Positions 19,296 through 28,733 are shown, counted from the stretch's first letter. The stretch is DNA of 64,000 nt from a virus (IMGVR_UViG_3300032167_000002:216286-280285), one strand, 5' to 3'. Notes: a model not told the origin generated them from the letters alone. Made by a program: numbers and translations.

Positions 19296-19589
19296 AGAAA
19301 CCTCCTTAGTAGGTTACATCAATGAGAATGCTCTCCCAGTCGGGGAAGCAATCTTCCAGCATTGTGATGACACAGTTTTCGATGGTACGATCGGGATCCT
19401 CGGAGTCCGCAACTATCGGACCGTCACCATAGAAGTATTCTTTGTGGCAATCATTACCAGGCGGTTCATACCACAGAATATTTCTGAGCTGCTTGAAGCC
19501 AACATCAATGTCATATTGAAGTTTCAGCTCTTCAACCAAAGTTGCCAGCGAAACCACTGGCATCATTGTATATTTCATAAACTGCCTCC

Positions 19590-19868
19590 TTAGAAAGATG
19601 GTCCCAAATACCAGATAGCATTACATCCAGAACAAATAAATTCTGCATCTCCACTATCAGTAATACGATTGCGGGTCATATGAGTGCCGCAATCACAAGT
19701 GTACTCCATAGGTAGATCTTCTGGTCTTGGCTCATACTTTTTGGCGAACTGATAGATAACATCTTCAATTTCGCCCATTAGCTCCAGGTCCTCATCACTA
19801 CACTCGCCATAATTAGCAAGTGCATCGAAAAAACCGTCGAGCTTTTCCAAAGCCTCATAGATATCCAT
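19590..19868 (-). CDS. Small zinc-ribbon protein (92 aa)
   Basis: CDCGTH...CSGC motif. Confidence 0.45.
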   Translation of the reverse strand: MDIYEALEKLDGFFDALANYGECSDEDLELMGEIEDVIYQFAKKYEPRPEDLPMEYTCDCGTHMTRNRITDSGDAEFICSGCNAIWYLGPSF

Positions 19869-19877
19869 ATATCCTCC

Positions 19878-20228
19878 TTACCAGCTGACCCAGACTAGGA
19901 TTTCGTAGCGGATACCATATTCTTTCCGCAGACGCTCAACCAGCTTGATCTGATTCCGCAAACGAGCGGCGTAACAATGCTTAGCCTTCCATTCGTATTC
20001 TTCGGGATCATCATAATCCTCGGGACGAGGTTCATTGCCCTTGCGAACCTCCCAGTCCAGATACTCATACAGCTCTTCCAGGCCATAGTCAGAGCAGTCC
20101 AGACGCACATAGCTGTCATTCTCAGCCATCTGTGCGAACTCACAGTCGTTCCAACGGGCCGGCGCAATCAGCTGATCCACATCTTCAGTGTCGATATAGG
20201 TAATATTTTTCAGTTTGACAGATACCAT
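19878..20228 (-). CDS. Hypothetical protein (116 aa)
   Basis: ORF. Confidence 0.45.
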   Translation of the reverse strand: MVSVKLKNITYIDTEDVDQLIAPARWNDCEFAQMAENDSYVRLDCSDYGLEELYEYLDWEVRKGNEPRPEDYDDPEEYEWKAKHCYAARLRNQIKLVERLRKEYGIRYEILVWVSW

Positions 20229-20450
20229 TATTCTTCCTCCTCTTTCATAGCTTCTCTTAAAAAGTAGCTCATCCAGCGCTTTCCATCGGGATCGCTCTTG
20301 GCATCAACTAACAGAGCAATAATATCCATATCTCCATCCCAGCCAGCATCAGCAGGTGGATGTTCTCGCAGGTATTTACATGTCTTGAGAAAGGCTTTAC
20401 GCATAATCTCGACTTTATCCATATTTCTCATTTCCTTTCTCTCTCACTTT

Positions 20451-20487
20451 CTATATATATTATATCATATTTTTTTATAAAAATCAA
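20451..20487 (-). promoter_or_regulatory. AT-rich early promoter copy
   Basis: Same consensus. Confidence 0.6.
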
Positions 20488-20488
20488 A

Positions 20489-20512
20489 GAAGCCTCCTAG
20501 GGACTAGGAGGC
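20489..20512 (-). terminator. Hairpin terminator abutting a promoter
   Basis: GAAGCCTCCTAG-GGAC-TAGGAGGCTC. Confidence 0.45.
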
Positions 20513-20592
20513 TCGGTCGATCAGTCGCCGCGATGACTTGATTTTTCTGATTTATTTTGTTATAATATATGTAGAAAGGAGTGATTCAATGT

Positions 20593-21012
20593 TTAGTCAT
20601 CGGTATAACAGTCAGCGTCATCGTCATCATAAGCATCGTCTTCATCACAATCTGAGTCGCACATTCGCCCAAATGGTATAGGTACTGCTTTGTATTCTAG
20701 CCAACCTTCCATTTGTTCGATATAGGCATCATCAACAATGCCCTCGATTTCAGCTTCACTTTGAGCGCCAGGCTCAATCCACTCAGATTCCAACAGGTCC
20801 TCATAAACACCATCCCAATCCAGCAATCCATGATTGCCACCATAGGACTCATACTCCTCGACCGCCAAATCATACGCAAATTTATCTGCTTCCTTTTGGC
20901 TGGCGAATTCATATACGCCTTGGAAGATGGCGCCACCGAAGGAGCCATTCAAACCTGCGTAGATTTTATACAGTCTCTTCAGCATCGGGAATCTCCATTT
21001 CTGTGCCCACAT
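20593..21012 (-). CDS. Very acidic small protein (poly-Asp C-terminus); candidate DNA-mimic or anti-restriction protein (inference)
   Basis: Estimated pI about 3.5; C-terminus CDSDCDEDDAYDDDDADCYTDD. Confidence 0.4.
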   Translation of the reverse strand: MWAQKWRFPMLKRLYKIYAGLNGSFGGAIFQGVYEFASQKEADKFAYDLAVEEYESYGGNHGLLDWDGVYEDLLESEWIEPGAQSEAEIEGIVDDAYIEQMEGWLEYKAVPIPFGRMCDSDCDEDDAYDDDDADCYTDD

Positions 21013-21137
21013 AAGGGCAATTCATATATTTCTTGCAGGCCTCGACAACCTGCTCCATTGTGTCGAGGCCAGAGCCCTCTTCAAATGCGGCCAGCCATAT
21101 GGAGCAGCTGCCGCAATATTGACAGGGTGCTGTTACC

Positions 21138-21566
21138 TTAGCCATATGTGCCGGTATGCAGCGTGAAGTCGATGGGCGCGCACTCAGTCAATACAGTTTC
21201 ATCATACAGCCAACTGGTCCAAGGATTCTCAATGGCTTCCTGGTAGGCTGCATAGAAATGGTTGTATTCTTTTACCCTGTCGTAGAAGTCATAGCGCACA
21301 TATTCGTTATCAGAATATACGATGGTATTGTAATAAAGTTGGATGTCAGCAGACTCATTCTTCAGCCAAGCGGCGTCATTACGAGCACCATTACCAACGC
21401 ATACGCAGCTCGCACCGAAGACAATGCAGATAGCCAAGCCAACGCATACAGCACAGTGCAGCCACTTAGATCTGTAATGGAACAGTGCGGGGACGATGAT
21501 GGCTGCGGCGGTCAGAATGAGTGCGATCAAAAGTACAGTAATCAAAATCATTTCGTGTTCCTCCAA
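21138..21566 (-). CDS. Membrane protein (142 aa)
   Basis: N-terminal transmembrane helices. Confidence 0.45.
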   Translation of the reverse strand: MEEHEMILITVLLIALILTAAAIIVPALFHYRSKWLHCAVCVGLAICIVFGASCVCVGNGARNDAAWLKNESADIQLYYNTIVYSDNEYVRYDFYDRVKEYNHFYAAYQEAIENPWTSWLYDETVLTECAPIDFTLHTGTYG

Positions 21567-22024
21567 TTTGTTTTATAGTTTTTACAGCCACATCCCACTG
21601 TACTCAAACAGAAGAATCCATCTTCCAGACCCTCTGGATTGTAACAGGGACAACCTTGCGCGCAGGTGGCTTCAACGCGCTTGGGGTTCAGTGCTTGCGT
21701 TTGAATAATTGCATTACCTTGCCTTTGTTGAACCATTACGTAAGGCGGCTCGGTGCAGGATTGATCGTTATTGAATCTGCACTCTTTGCGCTGACATACA
21801 TTGCAGGGTGATGCAGCAGCGCATTTCTGACACATTTCATGCCAGATATCTCCATCGGCTTCAAGAACCCCTGCGCCGAGTATCACAGACCCGCAGATAT
21901 GGCAGGTCCGCAGTTCAGTGGTGAAGTAGGGACAACCGTCTTTCTCACTCATATCAGCATTGAAGATCGGGCACATCCCACCTTTTAGCGCCTTTAGGGC
22001 GCACTGGCCGCATTTATGTTCCAT
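21548..22024 (-). CDS. Cys-rich protein (158 aa)
   Basis: Multiple CxxC pairs. Confidence 0.45.
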   Translation of the reverse strand: MEHKCGQCALKALKGGMCPIFNADMSEKDGCPYFTTELRTCHICGSVILGAGVLEADGDIWHEMCQKCAAASPCNVCQRKECRFNNDQSCTEPPYVMVQQRQGNAIIQTQALNPKRVEATCAQGCPCYNPEGLEDGFFCLSTVGCGCKNYKTNWRNTK

Positions 22025-22822
22025 ATGCTTACCTCACCATAGTTGATTTATCAGATATAGTTTAGGTGGTCCCCAGTCATCGAGATTGAGGGCCTGGCCG
22101 CAAACACGAAGAATTTCTGTATATTTTCGCATAAAATCTTCATCATCGAAGTTATCAGAAAAGCCTTCCAAATCCTCCCACTCGCCAGCATCGACTGAAC
22201 TCAGCCATTCGCCGAGGAAATAGTCGGAATCATCGGTATAGCCATTGATAAAATGGAATTCGTCTTCCACATATACATCTTCTGAAGCATTGGCTAGGGC
22301 GGCCTCAATCATTTCTTCTCTCTGCTCGGCTGTGACTATCCATCCGATACCAATACGAGCAGTGATATCTACGCCCATTAGTTATTATTCAGCTCCTTCT
22401 TCATAATTTCCCAAGTTTCCTTGGTGAAGATGGGGCAGGTGTCGAGCAATTCCATATGAGTAATTTCAACCAGATCCTCGCCATAGAGAACCTTTTCCAG
22501 GTACTCAGCTGCGCTGGCAAAGGAGTCGGCAAAAATCATACCGAAGTCCTCTTTATTCTCTCCGCTATCATCGTGATAGATAACGGAATATAAACAGATA
22601 TAAGTTCCGTCCATTATTTGATTGCACCTCCATCATCGGGATCGAACAAATCAAGAATATGTTGAATGTTACGCAGTGCAGTTTCTTCGCTGTCGCAGGA
22701 GAATGTGACTGACTCGCCATCTTCATATTTGACTTCGATCTTACTTTGATTTTCATTGGATAGGCCAAGATATTTGACCTTAGATAAATTGATAATCCAT
22801 CGACCGTTAACTCTTACAAACA

Positions 22823-23290
22823 TCACTGTGCCACCTCCACGGGGTGGTAGCCGCACTTGCAGGGGTCGTCCCAGTCGACGGGAGAGTTATCTATGTCGCA
22901 GATTAAATTGCCAAAATCATCTTCGTAGCCATAGGGACAAATCCCACAGGTCAACAAATCGTGGGGAATTTTCCATATACAATCTCTGCGAATGCGTGCG
23001 GTTTCCTTGAGGTCGTTCAGCCAATACGAGGCCCAGTATTCAAACTTGTAAGCAGGATTATCAGTAATGTCGCCAGTAATGTCATAGATATGATCGCCGA
23101 TCTTCGTGGCGAAATGGTTGACTACTGGATCGTACATGACCTGGTTTTCCATGCCGAAGCGTCCGCGCAGAACCATTGTGAAATGCCAGCACATACCGTT
23201 GCTGAAACAATCTTTGACTGCGTCGCCGAATGCGCGGAACTGTTCGATGAAGTTGAGGACAACTTCGTGCTTATTAGTAATCTTCGTCAT
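22823..23290 (-). CDS. Hypothetical protein (start trimmed to MTKITNKH, ATGA overlap with upstream gene)
   Basis: Resolves the overlap with 23274..23558. Confidence 0.4.
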   Translation of the reverse strand: MTKITNKHEVVLNFIEQFRAFGDAVKDCFSNGMCWHFTMVLRGRFGMENQVMYDPVVNHFATKIGDHIYDITGDITDNPAYKFEYWASYWLNDLKETARIRRDCIWKIPHDLLTCGICPYGYEDDFGNLICDIDNSPVDWDDPCKCGYHPVEVAQ

Positions 23291-23945
23291 CGAGATTGTC
23301 CTCCACATATGATGCAACATTCTCGCAGTCCGCATCAGCGCAACTGGCGATAGCATCTTGGATGCTTGCGGAGATGGCCTCTCGGGTGAGAACAGGAAGC
23401 TCAGAAATCTCACTGGCATGGGTATCGAGGCGAATAGTTTCTACTCGATCCGGGTAAATGACCTGGATAGCGATCTCAGAGTTACTGGGTTGTAGGACGC
23501 GTATATGCAAGGCCTGCCGCAGGTTGATAAAATCGTGATTGATACGAATATAGTTCATGGGTTGGTCTCCTTAGTACTTGAGATTGAGTACAATGTGATG
23601 GAGGTAGCCGGTCTCAATCCAGCAAATGGAAAGGGATGCACCCGTCATATCGGGATAAGGATCTTCGATCATATTGAACTGTACGGAACAGTCCTCAAGA
23701 TATTCCATAATTGCAGGACCGATAGTACGATCGTATTCACTGGACGACACGGTATGCTCTTCAGTGTTGATTATATCATAGATGTGATTTTCGATTGCTG
23801 AGGGGTGAAAATCATTGCCAACGCCGTTCATAATCTTTTACCTCCAAATGGCTTTTTTTGTGGGTTTGTCGGACGTTGTCAGACATTTCCGAAAAACGGA
23901 TTTTGATAATTCTGACGGTTACTTGTCTTTTTCTTTTTCTTTATC

Positions 23946-23984
23946 TTACATATATATTATATCATATTTTTTTTATAAAATCAA
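23946..23984 (-). promoter_or_regulatory. AT-rich early promoter copy, first of the minus-strand early block
   Basis: Same consensus. Confidence 0.6.
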
Positions 23985-24094
23985 TTAGATAGATTTAGTT
24001 GGGCTTATTTACAATAAGAAAGGTAAGACAGCGTAGGACAGGGTAAGACAATTTTATTAGTTAGATTTTTATAATAAGTATAGGAGGTGATTCT

Positions 24095-24232
24095 GTGACC
24101 TCAATTACTATAAAAATTGATGATATTGAGAAACAGTTATTACAAGAATATGCTGAAGATAATGATCTCACCATATCTTAGGTTATTCGCCGTCTAATTA
24201 AAGAGTTATTAGACGAAAAATTTGATAGATAA
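24095..24232 (+). CDS. Small DNA-binding protein, ribbon-helix-helix-like, with one in-frame TAG
   Basis: AGGAGG then GTG start; ...DLTIS-TAG-VIRRLIKELL...; TAA stop. Confidence 0.45.
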
Positions 24233-24429
24233 GGAGCCAATATTAATGCTAAATACGAAGACTAAAATAGTTTATTCATTGCGACTCCATGTTGCGCTAT
24301 AGCAATAGGGATTCGTACATATTACGGAAATGAAAAATCCGCAAAATCCGCACCTAAATTGTTGGGTATACGAGGCTACTCCGCGCTTTACAGCTGCCTT
24401 TGAGGCGCTTATGGGGGAGGTCGGCCGCA

Positions 24430-25014
24430 GTGATTGAGAATTTCAAAGATTTAGAAGTTAGACAAAGTGGTGTTATTTATTAGAGCACTTTTGAATAGAT
24501 AAAGAAATTATATGCTGTTGATCCAGAGAAAGCCGGAGAGTTGGCTATTAGTGCCATTGAAATGGTTTTATGTGGATAGATTAGCAGTGATGATATGATT
24601 GTTGAATTGATGTTAGAACCTACAAAGGTTGTGGCGGGGAAGGATCATGTTAAGTATGATTAGAAAGTGGAAACGCAGAGACAAAAGAAAATTTTGGATC
24701 AAAAATTGGATCAGATTGCGGACTTGCATCTGCGAGGCATGCGCCAGCGTGAAATTGCGGAGAGACTGGGCTTGACGCAGCAAATAGTGAGCTATCGGCT
24801 GGGGGTTATCCGTTCTACTTATCCAGAACTTTTACAAAAAGATTCACAAAATTTACAAACAAATTTACCAAATAATTACAAAAATACAAATGATACAAAA
24901 GTTACAAAAAATACAAAAGTTTGTACTGATGGTGAGTTTGGTAAAATTGGTGAAGTTTGTAAAGTAGATGAAACATCTGCGCTTGTTGACGGCCAAAAAC
25001 CGTGGAATTTCTAA
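24430..25014 (+). CDS. Sigma-factor region-4 or LuxR-type HTH protein with four in-frame TAG codons
   Basis: HTH LHLRGMRQREIAERLGLTQQIVSYRL; GTG or TTG start after GGGGGAGG; TAA stop. Confidence 0.45.
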
Positions 25015-25130
25015 AATTTTTACAAACATTTTACAAATAAAAGTAGATTTTACAAACGATTTTACCAAATGATTACAAAAATACAAATAATACAAAACTT
25101 ACAAATGTATGATAATGTTAATGATAATGA
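24838..25130. repeat. TTACAAA-type direct-repeat tract (about 25 copies) followed by a GATAATG microrepeat
   Basis: Runs of TTTACAAA, ATACAAA and TTACAAAC. Confidence 0.6.
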
Positions 25131-25217
25131 TAATGTAAATGATAATAGGTGCGTTTGGTGCCGTTGGCACCAATCCGCTTGCGCCTACCGGCGATGAAGT
25201 GATAAAGGAGTGCGATT

Positions 25218-25418
25218 ATGAGATATTTTAAAGCGCCTAAGGGCGATGTAAAATTTAAGATAGGTAGTATAGAGGATTTACCATATGATGCTGAAGAGAT
25301 TAAATTATATATGGTAAGTGGAGATCCTGCTATTTATATAGTACCAGTTTCTGAAATACCTTATGACTATACTAAAGTTAAAGAAGAGGGCGAAGAAAAT
25401 TCCCATTTGATTTTTTAA
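25218..25418 (+). CDS. Hypothetical protein (66 aa)
   Basis: AAGGAG Shine-Dalgarno. Confidence 0.45.
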   Translation: MRYFKAPKGDVKFKIGSIEDLPYDAEEIKLYMVSGDPAIYIVPVSEIPYDYTKVKEEGEENSHLIF

Positions 25419-25437
25419 TTATTTTTTGATATAATAA

Positions 25438-25530
25438 TTGTAGGAAAAAATGAAATGAAAAAATGAATTGAAAAAATGATTTTTCATTTGAAAAAATGAA
25501 ATGAAAAACGAAAGGAAAATTGAAATGAAA
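25438..25530. repeat. Tandem GAAAAAATGA(A/T) repeats with a central palindrome GAAAAAATGATTTTTC
   Basis: At least 8 copies, immediately upstream of 25525..25989. Confidence 0.55.
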
Positions 25531-25989
25531 TTTTCATATAGTAATTTGAAAAGTGCAGATCAAGGTGGAAATAGAGTCGGCAACTGGCACGGAGTGCCGG
25601 TGTTCGCTTCTTCTCAGCATGGACTGAAGAATAAGAGTAGCGGAGTCTATTATATTGTCTATGATGACAATAATAAGATTGTACGTTACAAGAATGGCGA
25701 CTGGTTTGAATATGGTACTGTAAGTGAAGCCGGCAATGTGGACGAGTATCGCAGTCCCAGATCTTACGTGCAGGAATACCAGAGTCCGCAGTATTACAAG
25801 GAACAGGCTCATGCAGTATGCGGAAAGACTGCAAGTCAGTGTGACGGAACAGCAGCGGCCGCAGATTGTGGGCCTATTGGAGATGTCAAGATTGGCATTG
25901 ATGTAGATGCCGTATTGAAGAATGCGAGAGAGATGACCGTTGACTCTCTCTTGGATGGATTCAACTATGGACTGGAAGCTAAGGGATGA
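25525..25989 (+). CDS. Hypothetical protein (about 154 aa)
   Basis: ORF; start MKFSYSNLK. Confidence 0.45.
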   Translation: MKFSYSNLKSADQGGNRVGNWHGVPVFASSQHGLKNKSSGVYYIVYDDNNKIVRYKNGDWFEYGTVSEAGNVDEYRSPRSYVQEYQSPQYYKEQAHAVCGKTASQCDGTAAAADCGPIGDVKIGIDVDAVLKNAREMTVDSLLDGFNYGLEAKG

Positions 25990-26073
25990 TTGAATTCATA
26001 ATTGGCTGGTGCATTGGTTATGCTCTTGGCATTGTGGCAATACATTTAATATTGAGAAGGAGAGGGTAAAACC
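25990..26073 (+). CDS. 27-aa transmembrane peptide
   Basis: MIEFIIGWCIGYALGIVAIHLILRRRG; ATGA overlap with upstream gene; followed by a terminator. Confidence 0.35.
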
Positions 26074-26088
26074 TCTCCTTTTTTTTGT
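26058..26088 (+). terminator. Rho-independent terminator
   Basis: GGAGAGG-GTAAAAC-CCTCTCC then T8. Confidence 0.7.
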
Positions 26089-26302
26089 TTTATATGGTAC
26101 AAAGTTAGTGGAGTGTGGTGGCCGATCGGGGCCTAGACTCATCGATCAATTTGCCCGTCATCGTTATCGTCACCCTATCAGTTTCCAAACATAAAAAATC
26201 CCGGGGACCATGGAAAGTCCTCGGGATTGAAATCATATTGCGCTAGCTCTTCTCTTGGTAGCTACGCTCTTAGTTATAGCCTTCTTGTGAGAGTTTCTTC
26301 AC

Positions 26303-26755
26303 TTAGACCAAACTCTTGATGAAATTGGCTAATACTTCATCATCGCTCTTGGAAGCGTGGGTGGCGGGAGTAATGTGGCTCTTGGTCTGGGGCTTCTCTT
26401 CCAAGGCGGCGCGCATCTGAATTGCAAACTGAAGTAGATTGAACATCTGATCGATTGCGGCGATCATTTCGTCCAGGTCTTCATCGGTGTACTCAGACAG
26501 AATGTCACGACTGCCGGGACAAACCAGGTCACCGTATCTCTGCATAAGATGAATAAACTCCTCGGCCAGCTCGCGCTTCTGGGTAGCCAGAGCGTTTGCG
26601 GCCTCGGCCTTCTTGGTGGCCTCAACCTCAGCATCATAGGCACTCTGAGCGGCGTTCAGCACGTCGGCAATAGACTGCCCGATAGTATCCATAGACTCAC
26701 CGTTGCGCAGACGGGCCAGGATATCCTTTTCACTAATCATTGGTATATACCTCAT
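26303..26755 (-). CDS. Hypothetical helical protein (150 aa)
   Basis: ORF with promoter copy and Shine-Dalgarno. Confidence 0.55.
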   Translation of the reverse strand: MRYIPMISEKDILARLRNGESMDTIGQSIADVLNAAQSAYDAEVEATKKAEAANALATQKRELAEEFIHLMQRYGDLVCPGSRDILSEYTDEDLDEMIAAIDQMFNLLQFAIQMRAALEEKPQTKSHITPATHASKSDDEVLANFIKSLV

Positions 26756-26769
26756 TTCTTCTTTATTGT

Positions 26770-26804
26770 ATTATTATTATATCATATTTTTTTTATAAAG
26801 TCAA
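26770..26804 (-). promoter_or_regulatory. AT-rich early promoter copy driving 26303..26755
   Basis: Minus strand reads TTGACTTTATAAAAAAAATATGATATAAT. Confidence 0.55.
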
Positions 26805-26822
26805 TTGCGGTCGGTGCGGCCT

Positions 26823-26850
26823 TGACAAATAAGAATTTTTTTGGTATAAT
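26823..26850 (+). promoter_or_regulatory. Plus-strand consensus promoter TTGACA-N16-TATAAT at the junction region
   Basis: TTGACAAATAAGAATTTTTTTGGTATAAT. Confidence 0.5.
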
Positions 26851-26867
26851 ATTAAAAAAAACTAAAT

Positions 26868-27130
26868 TTCCCGATCGGGTTGATTTTTATAAAAAAATAT
26901 GTTATAATTATAATGGAAGAGAATAATAATAAGCCGATCGGCTTTATACAAATAGATCGGCCATATGCGGATTCCCGATCGGCCCTGCGGGGACTTGGTT
27001 TTCGGGAAAAATTGAGGCCATATAGAGGTCGCTAGAAGTAGCAGAAAATTTGCATATGGGGTGTACCGATCGGAAAATCGGGCCAGTACTGGCGTCCTCG
27101 GCCCGTCGAGTTTCGGGAATCCGAACGGAT
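26868..27130. repeat. Non-coding junction with at least 5 copies of the GC-rich palindromic motif CCGATCGG
   Basis: CCCGATCGGG, GCCGATCGGC, AGATCGGCC, CCCGATCGGCCC and ACCGATCGGAAAATCGGGCC in otherwise AT-rich sequence. Confidence 0.5.
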
Positions 27131-27236
27131 GTTCGCCCCGGCCGCATTTTGTGAAAAAATACTTGAAATCACTTGACAAATCGAAATTCGGGCCGGAAGC
27201 GCTAGTGTACGGCCCGCCAAAAAATGACCCCATGAC

Positions 27237-27408
27237 TCAATAATGAGCCATGGGGTTTGTTACTACATAGGGGTCATCCTCGTTGTAAGGGTCTTCGACG
27301 GGGTCGAAGAAGTCCCAACACTCGTCACCCTCTTCACACAGATTGCAACAGGCCACATCGTCCGTGGTTTCCTGTCCCACATGGGAGCAACGCCAACATC
27401 TACTCATA
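27237..27408 (-). CDS. Small Cys-rich acidic protein (about 56 aa)
   Basis: MSRCWRCSHVGQ...; its start overlaps the upstream gene's TAG stop (ATGAGTAG). Confidence 0.4.
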
Positions 27409-27570
27409 GTCCTCGTCCTCCTCTGCAGGTTCGGCATCCCAGTCATCTTCTTCACAGGGGGCGGGGAAAGGGCTATCGCTGGGGTAGTGGCAGGAAGGGT
27501 GGTCTTCCCCTTCATCTTGCCAGTAGTAGCCACAGTTGCTATCGGCACAGCCGAGATGCTTTTTAGCCAT
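27400..27570 (-). CDS. Small acidic Cys-containing protein (56 aa) that stops with TAG
   Basis: MAKKHLGCADSNCGYYW...EEDEDYE. Confidence 0.4.
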   Translation of the reverse strand: MAKKHLGCADSNCGYYWQDEGEDHPSCHYPSDSPFPAPCEEDDWDAEPAEEDEDYE

Positions 27571-27688
27571 TGTTCTTGTCCTCGCTTTCCTTAGGGTCTG
27601 CGGTCGGCTGTTCTTGCGTTCCGCACTGGTCGCACTTGGTTTCGTCAATGTCGGTTTTCCAGTAGTTAGGGCACTTCAAGCAGTTCAT
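27563..27688 (-). CDS. 41-aa zinc-ribbon peptide
   Basis: MNCLKCPNYW...CDQCG; preceded by a consensus promoter. Confidence 0.4.
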   Translation of the reverse strand: MNCLKCPNYWKTDIDETKCDQCGTQEQPTADPKESEDKNNG

Positions 27689-27712
27689 AATCTGCACCTC
27701 ACTTTCTGAATG

Positions 27713-27742
27713 TATTATAGCATACCTTGGGGGTTTTGTCAA
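27713..27742 (-). promoter_or_regulatory. Consensus sigma70 promoter (TTGACA-N17-TATAAT) embedded in the palindrome GGGGGTT...AACCCCC
   Basis: Minus strand reads GGGGGTTGACAAAACCCCCAAGGTATGCTATAAT. Confidence 0.6.
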
Positions 27743-27760
27743 CCCCCTTTTTCGTTTTTT

Positions 27761-28366
27761 TTAGAAAGGCAGTTCGTGGTTTTGAGCCGCCCATTCGCAC
27801 GCAATCGTGCTGTATTCCTCGCTGATTGCAGGAATGTCGATGAAAGAACGGCTTGCCATGTAGTCCGCCATGTGAACACATCTGTCTACGGAAGTAAAAG
27901 GTCTGTCCTCTCTGTCGGTAGACCACTGCCCCATGTGGCTTGCAACCGCATTTGTCAGCAAGAAATGGGGAGTAAATCCGTACTGTTCCTCGCACCAATG
28001 GGTGAAACTCTCGGCGGCGTTTCGTGCATGGTCTGCGTACTGGGACTTGTCAAAGTCCTTGATGCCGTACTTGTTCGTGTCGTGGATAAGGCAGGCGACA
28101 ATGACATAATCCTTGTACTCTGCTCTCATGTACGCATAGGAACTCATGCGGAGCAACTCTTCTGCAAACATCACAACTGCCTTGGTGTGGCGAATAGTAC
28201 CGCCGATGCCGTGGGCGAACTTCGGATGATACTTGCCGGAACTGGATGCGCCGTCCGTCCAAAAGTAGTCAGGTGTGGCTTCTTCCAGATAAGACTTGGT
28301 AGCCATGCGCAGGTCTTCATTTACGATGAGCGCCAACTCACGCTCGAAAAGTTTAATGTTTCTCAT
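27761..28366 (-). CDS. HD-domain phosphohydrolase
   Basis: Motifs GKYHPKFAHGIGGTIRH and ACLIHDTNKYG (H...HD); AAGGAG Shine-Dalgarno. Confidence 0.6.
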   Translation of the reverse strand: MRNIKLFERELALIVNEDLRMATKSYLEEATPDYFWTDGASSSGKYHPKFAHGIGGTIRHTKAVVMFAEELLRMSSYAYMRAEYKDYVIVACLIHDTNKYGIKDFDKSQYADHARNAAESFTHWCEEQYGFTPHFLLTNAVASHMGQWSTDREDRPFTSVDRCVHMADYMASRSFIDIPAISEEYSTIACEWAAQNHELPF

Positions 28367-28396
28367 GGGTATCAATCTCCTTCATTTGATGAACTT

Positions 28397-28425
28397 ATTA
28401 TAGCATACTTTGTGCCATTTGTCAA
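28397..28425 (-). promoter_or_regulatory. Consensus sigma70 promoter driving the HD hydrolase gene
   Basis: TTGACAAATGGCACAAAGTATGCTATAAT. Confidence 0.65.
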
Positions 28426-28438
28426 GCACTTTTTTTGG

Positions 28439-28532
28439 TGGAGATGGGGGGAATCGAACCCCCTTGCACACCCTCGGCAGGATGAAGGCTTAGACCAAAG
28501 CATCCTCTGACTTTCCTAGCCAGCCCATCCCC
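28439..28532 (-). tRNA. Type-II tRNA-like gene (94 nt) with a 16-nt anticodon loop containing UCUAA; amber-suppressor candidate, speculative
   Basis: Acceptor GGGGATG/CATCTCC with CCA, D-stem CTGG/TCAG, anticodon stem GGATG/CATCC enclosing CTTTGGTCTAAGCCTT, 16-nt variable arm, T-arm GGGGGTTCGATTCCCCC. It has its own promoter (TTGCAT-N16-TATAAT) at 28540-28585. Confidence 0.45.
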
Positions 28533-28704
28533 ATCGGACAATAGTATTATACCATAATTGCGGGACAATGCAAGTGGTAATAGTGCACAAAAATTCGATT
28601 TGAAAAAATGCCTGGGTTGTGCAAAATGCTAAATAACGCCCGCGACATTTGTCTGCGGGCGGCCGAAAATTATGTAAACCGCACAAAAAATTACACAAAA
28701 ACGC

Positions 28705-28732
28705 GAAAAACCGCCCATTTTAGGCGGTTTTT
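28705..28732. terminator. Bidirectional rho-independent terminator
   Basis: AAAAACCGCC-CATTTTA-GGCGGTTTTT. Confidence 0.6.
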
Positions 28733-28733
28733 C

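Noticed and set aside
5200-26810. Possibility that the 16 regularly recurring 40-bp repeats are a CRISPR array.
   Set aside because: The spacing is irregular (300-2500 bp) and the intervening sequences are protein-coding genes. The repeat contains a perfect -35/-10 pair followed by Shine-Dalgarno and ATG, so they are promoters, not CRISPR repeats.
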